DNA of 64,000 nucleotides from Escherichia coli (GTDB lineage Bacteria; Pseudomonadota; Gammaproteobacteria; Enterobacterales; Enterobacteriaceae): NCBI RefSeq assembly GCF_017348835.2, contig NZ_CP071375.1; one strand, 5' to 3'. Shown piece by piece: positions 63,729 to 64,000 of this stretch (position 1 is its first letter; each line of letters starts with the position of its first letter). The notes under the pieces were generated by a model. It saw only the letters and a program-made list of their open reading frames with translations, ran no database searches and was not told where the DNA came from. The position numbers and the translations under genes were made by a program.

Positions 63729-64000
63729 ATGCAGAGCGATAAAGTGCTCAATTTGCCGGCAGGCTACTTTGGTATTGTGTTGGGGACGATAGGGATGGGA
63801 TTTGCCTGGCGCTATGCCAGCCAGGTTTGGCAGGTCAGCCACTGGTTAGGGGATGGACTGGTGATTCTTGCGATGATCATCTGGGGATTATTAACTAGCG
63901 CATTTATTACCCGACTCATACGCTTTCCGCATAGCGTGCTGGCGGAAGTGCGCCATCCAGTGCTGAGCAGTTTTGTGAGTTTGTTTCCGGCAACGACGAT
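63729..64000 (+). CDS. tehA: Tellurite resistance / dicarboxylate transporter TehA, N-terminal part (3' end outside the window)
   Basis: [43 protein letters not shown]... hydrophobic and running off the window end. Confidence 0.8.
   Translation, partial: MQSDKVLNLPAGYFGIVLGTIGMGFAWRYASQVWQVSHWLGDGLVILAMIIWGLLTSAFITRLIRFPHSVLAEVRHPVLSSFVSLFPATT

Overview
This window reads as an Escherichia coli chromosomal segment (a non-K-12 strain) collinear with the K-12 region from the right arm of the Rac prophage to tehA. All calls rest on reading the sequence and ORF track against remembered protein families; no database search was run. Positions 1 to about 13.9 kb are a remodelled lambdoid (Rac-like) prophage late region: the 3' end of an S8 subtilisin-like peptidase gene, nin-region genes, a Q-like antiterminator, a two-gene moron encoding lipoproteins homologous to TolA C-terminal domain III, a phage-21-type lysis cassette, trkG, a chimeric ParB-like/tail-fibre ORF, a tail fibre assembly gene, and a sitABCD Mn/Fe transporter cargo operon in which sitB carries an internal deletion. 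The rest is core genome: uspF, ompN, micC, ydbK, ydbJ, hslJ, ldhA, ydbH-ynbE-ydbL, feaR/feaB, tynA, paaZ, paaA-K, paaXY, ydbC, azoR, hrpA, ydcF, aldA, gapC, cybB, ydcA, hokB, trg, ydcI, ydcJ, opgD, ydcH, rimL, ydcK and the start of tehA. The paa operon carries two inactivating lesions (a 1-nt frameshift in paaC and an in-frame TAG in paaK), gapC is intact, and ydbA and ydbD-ynbD are absent relative to K-12. The best candidate for an undescribed system is the promoter-to-terminator cassette of two TolA-domain-III-like outer-membrane lipoproteins between Q and the holin (3629-4811); the truncated S8 peptidase at the window edge may belong to a defence module lying upstream. No CRISPR array, rRNA, tRNA or IS element was found.
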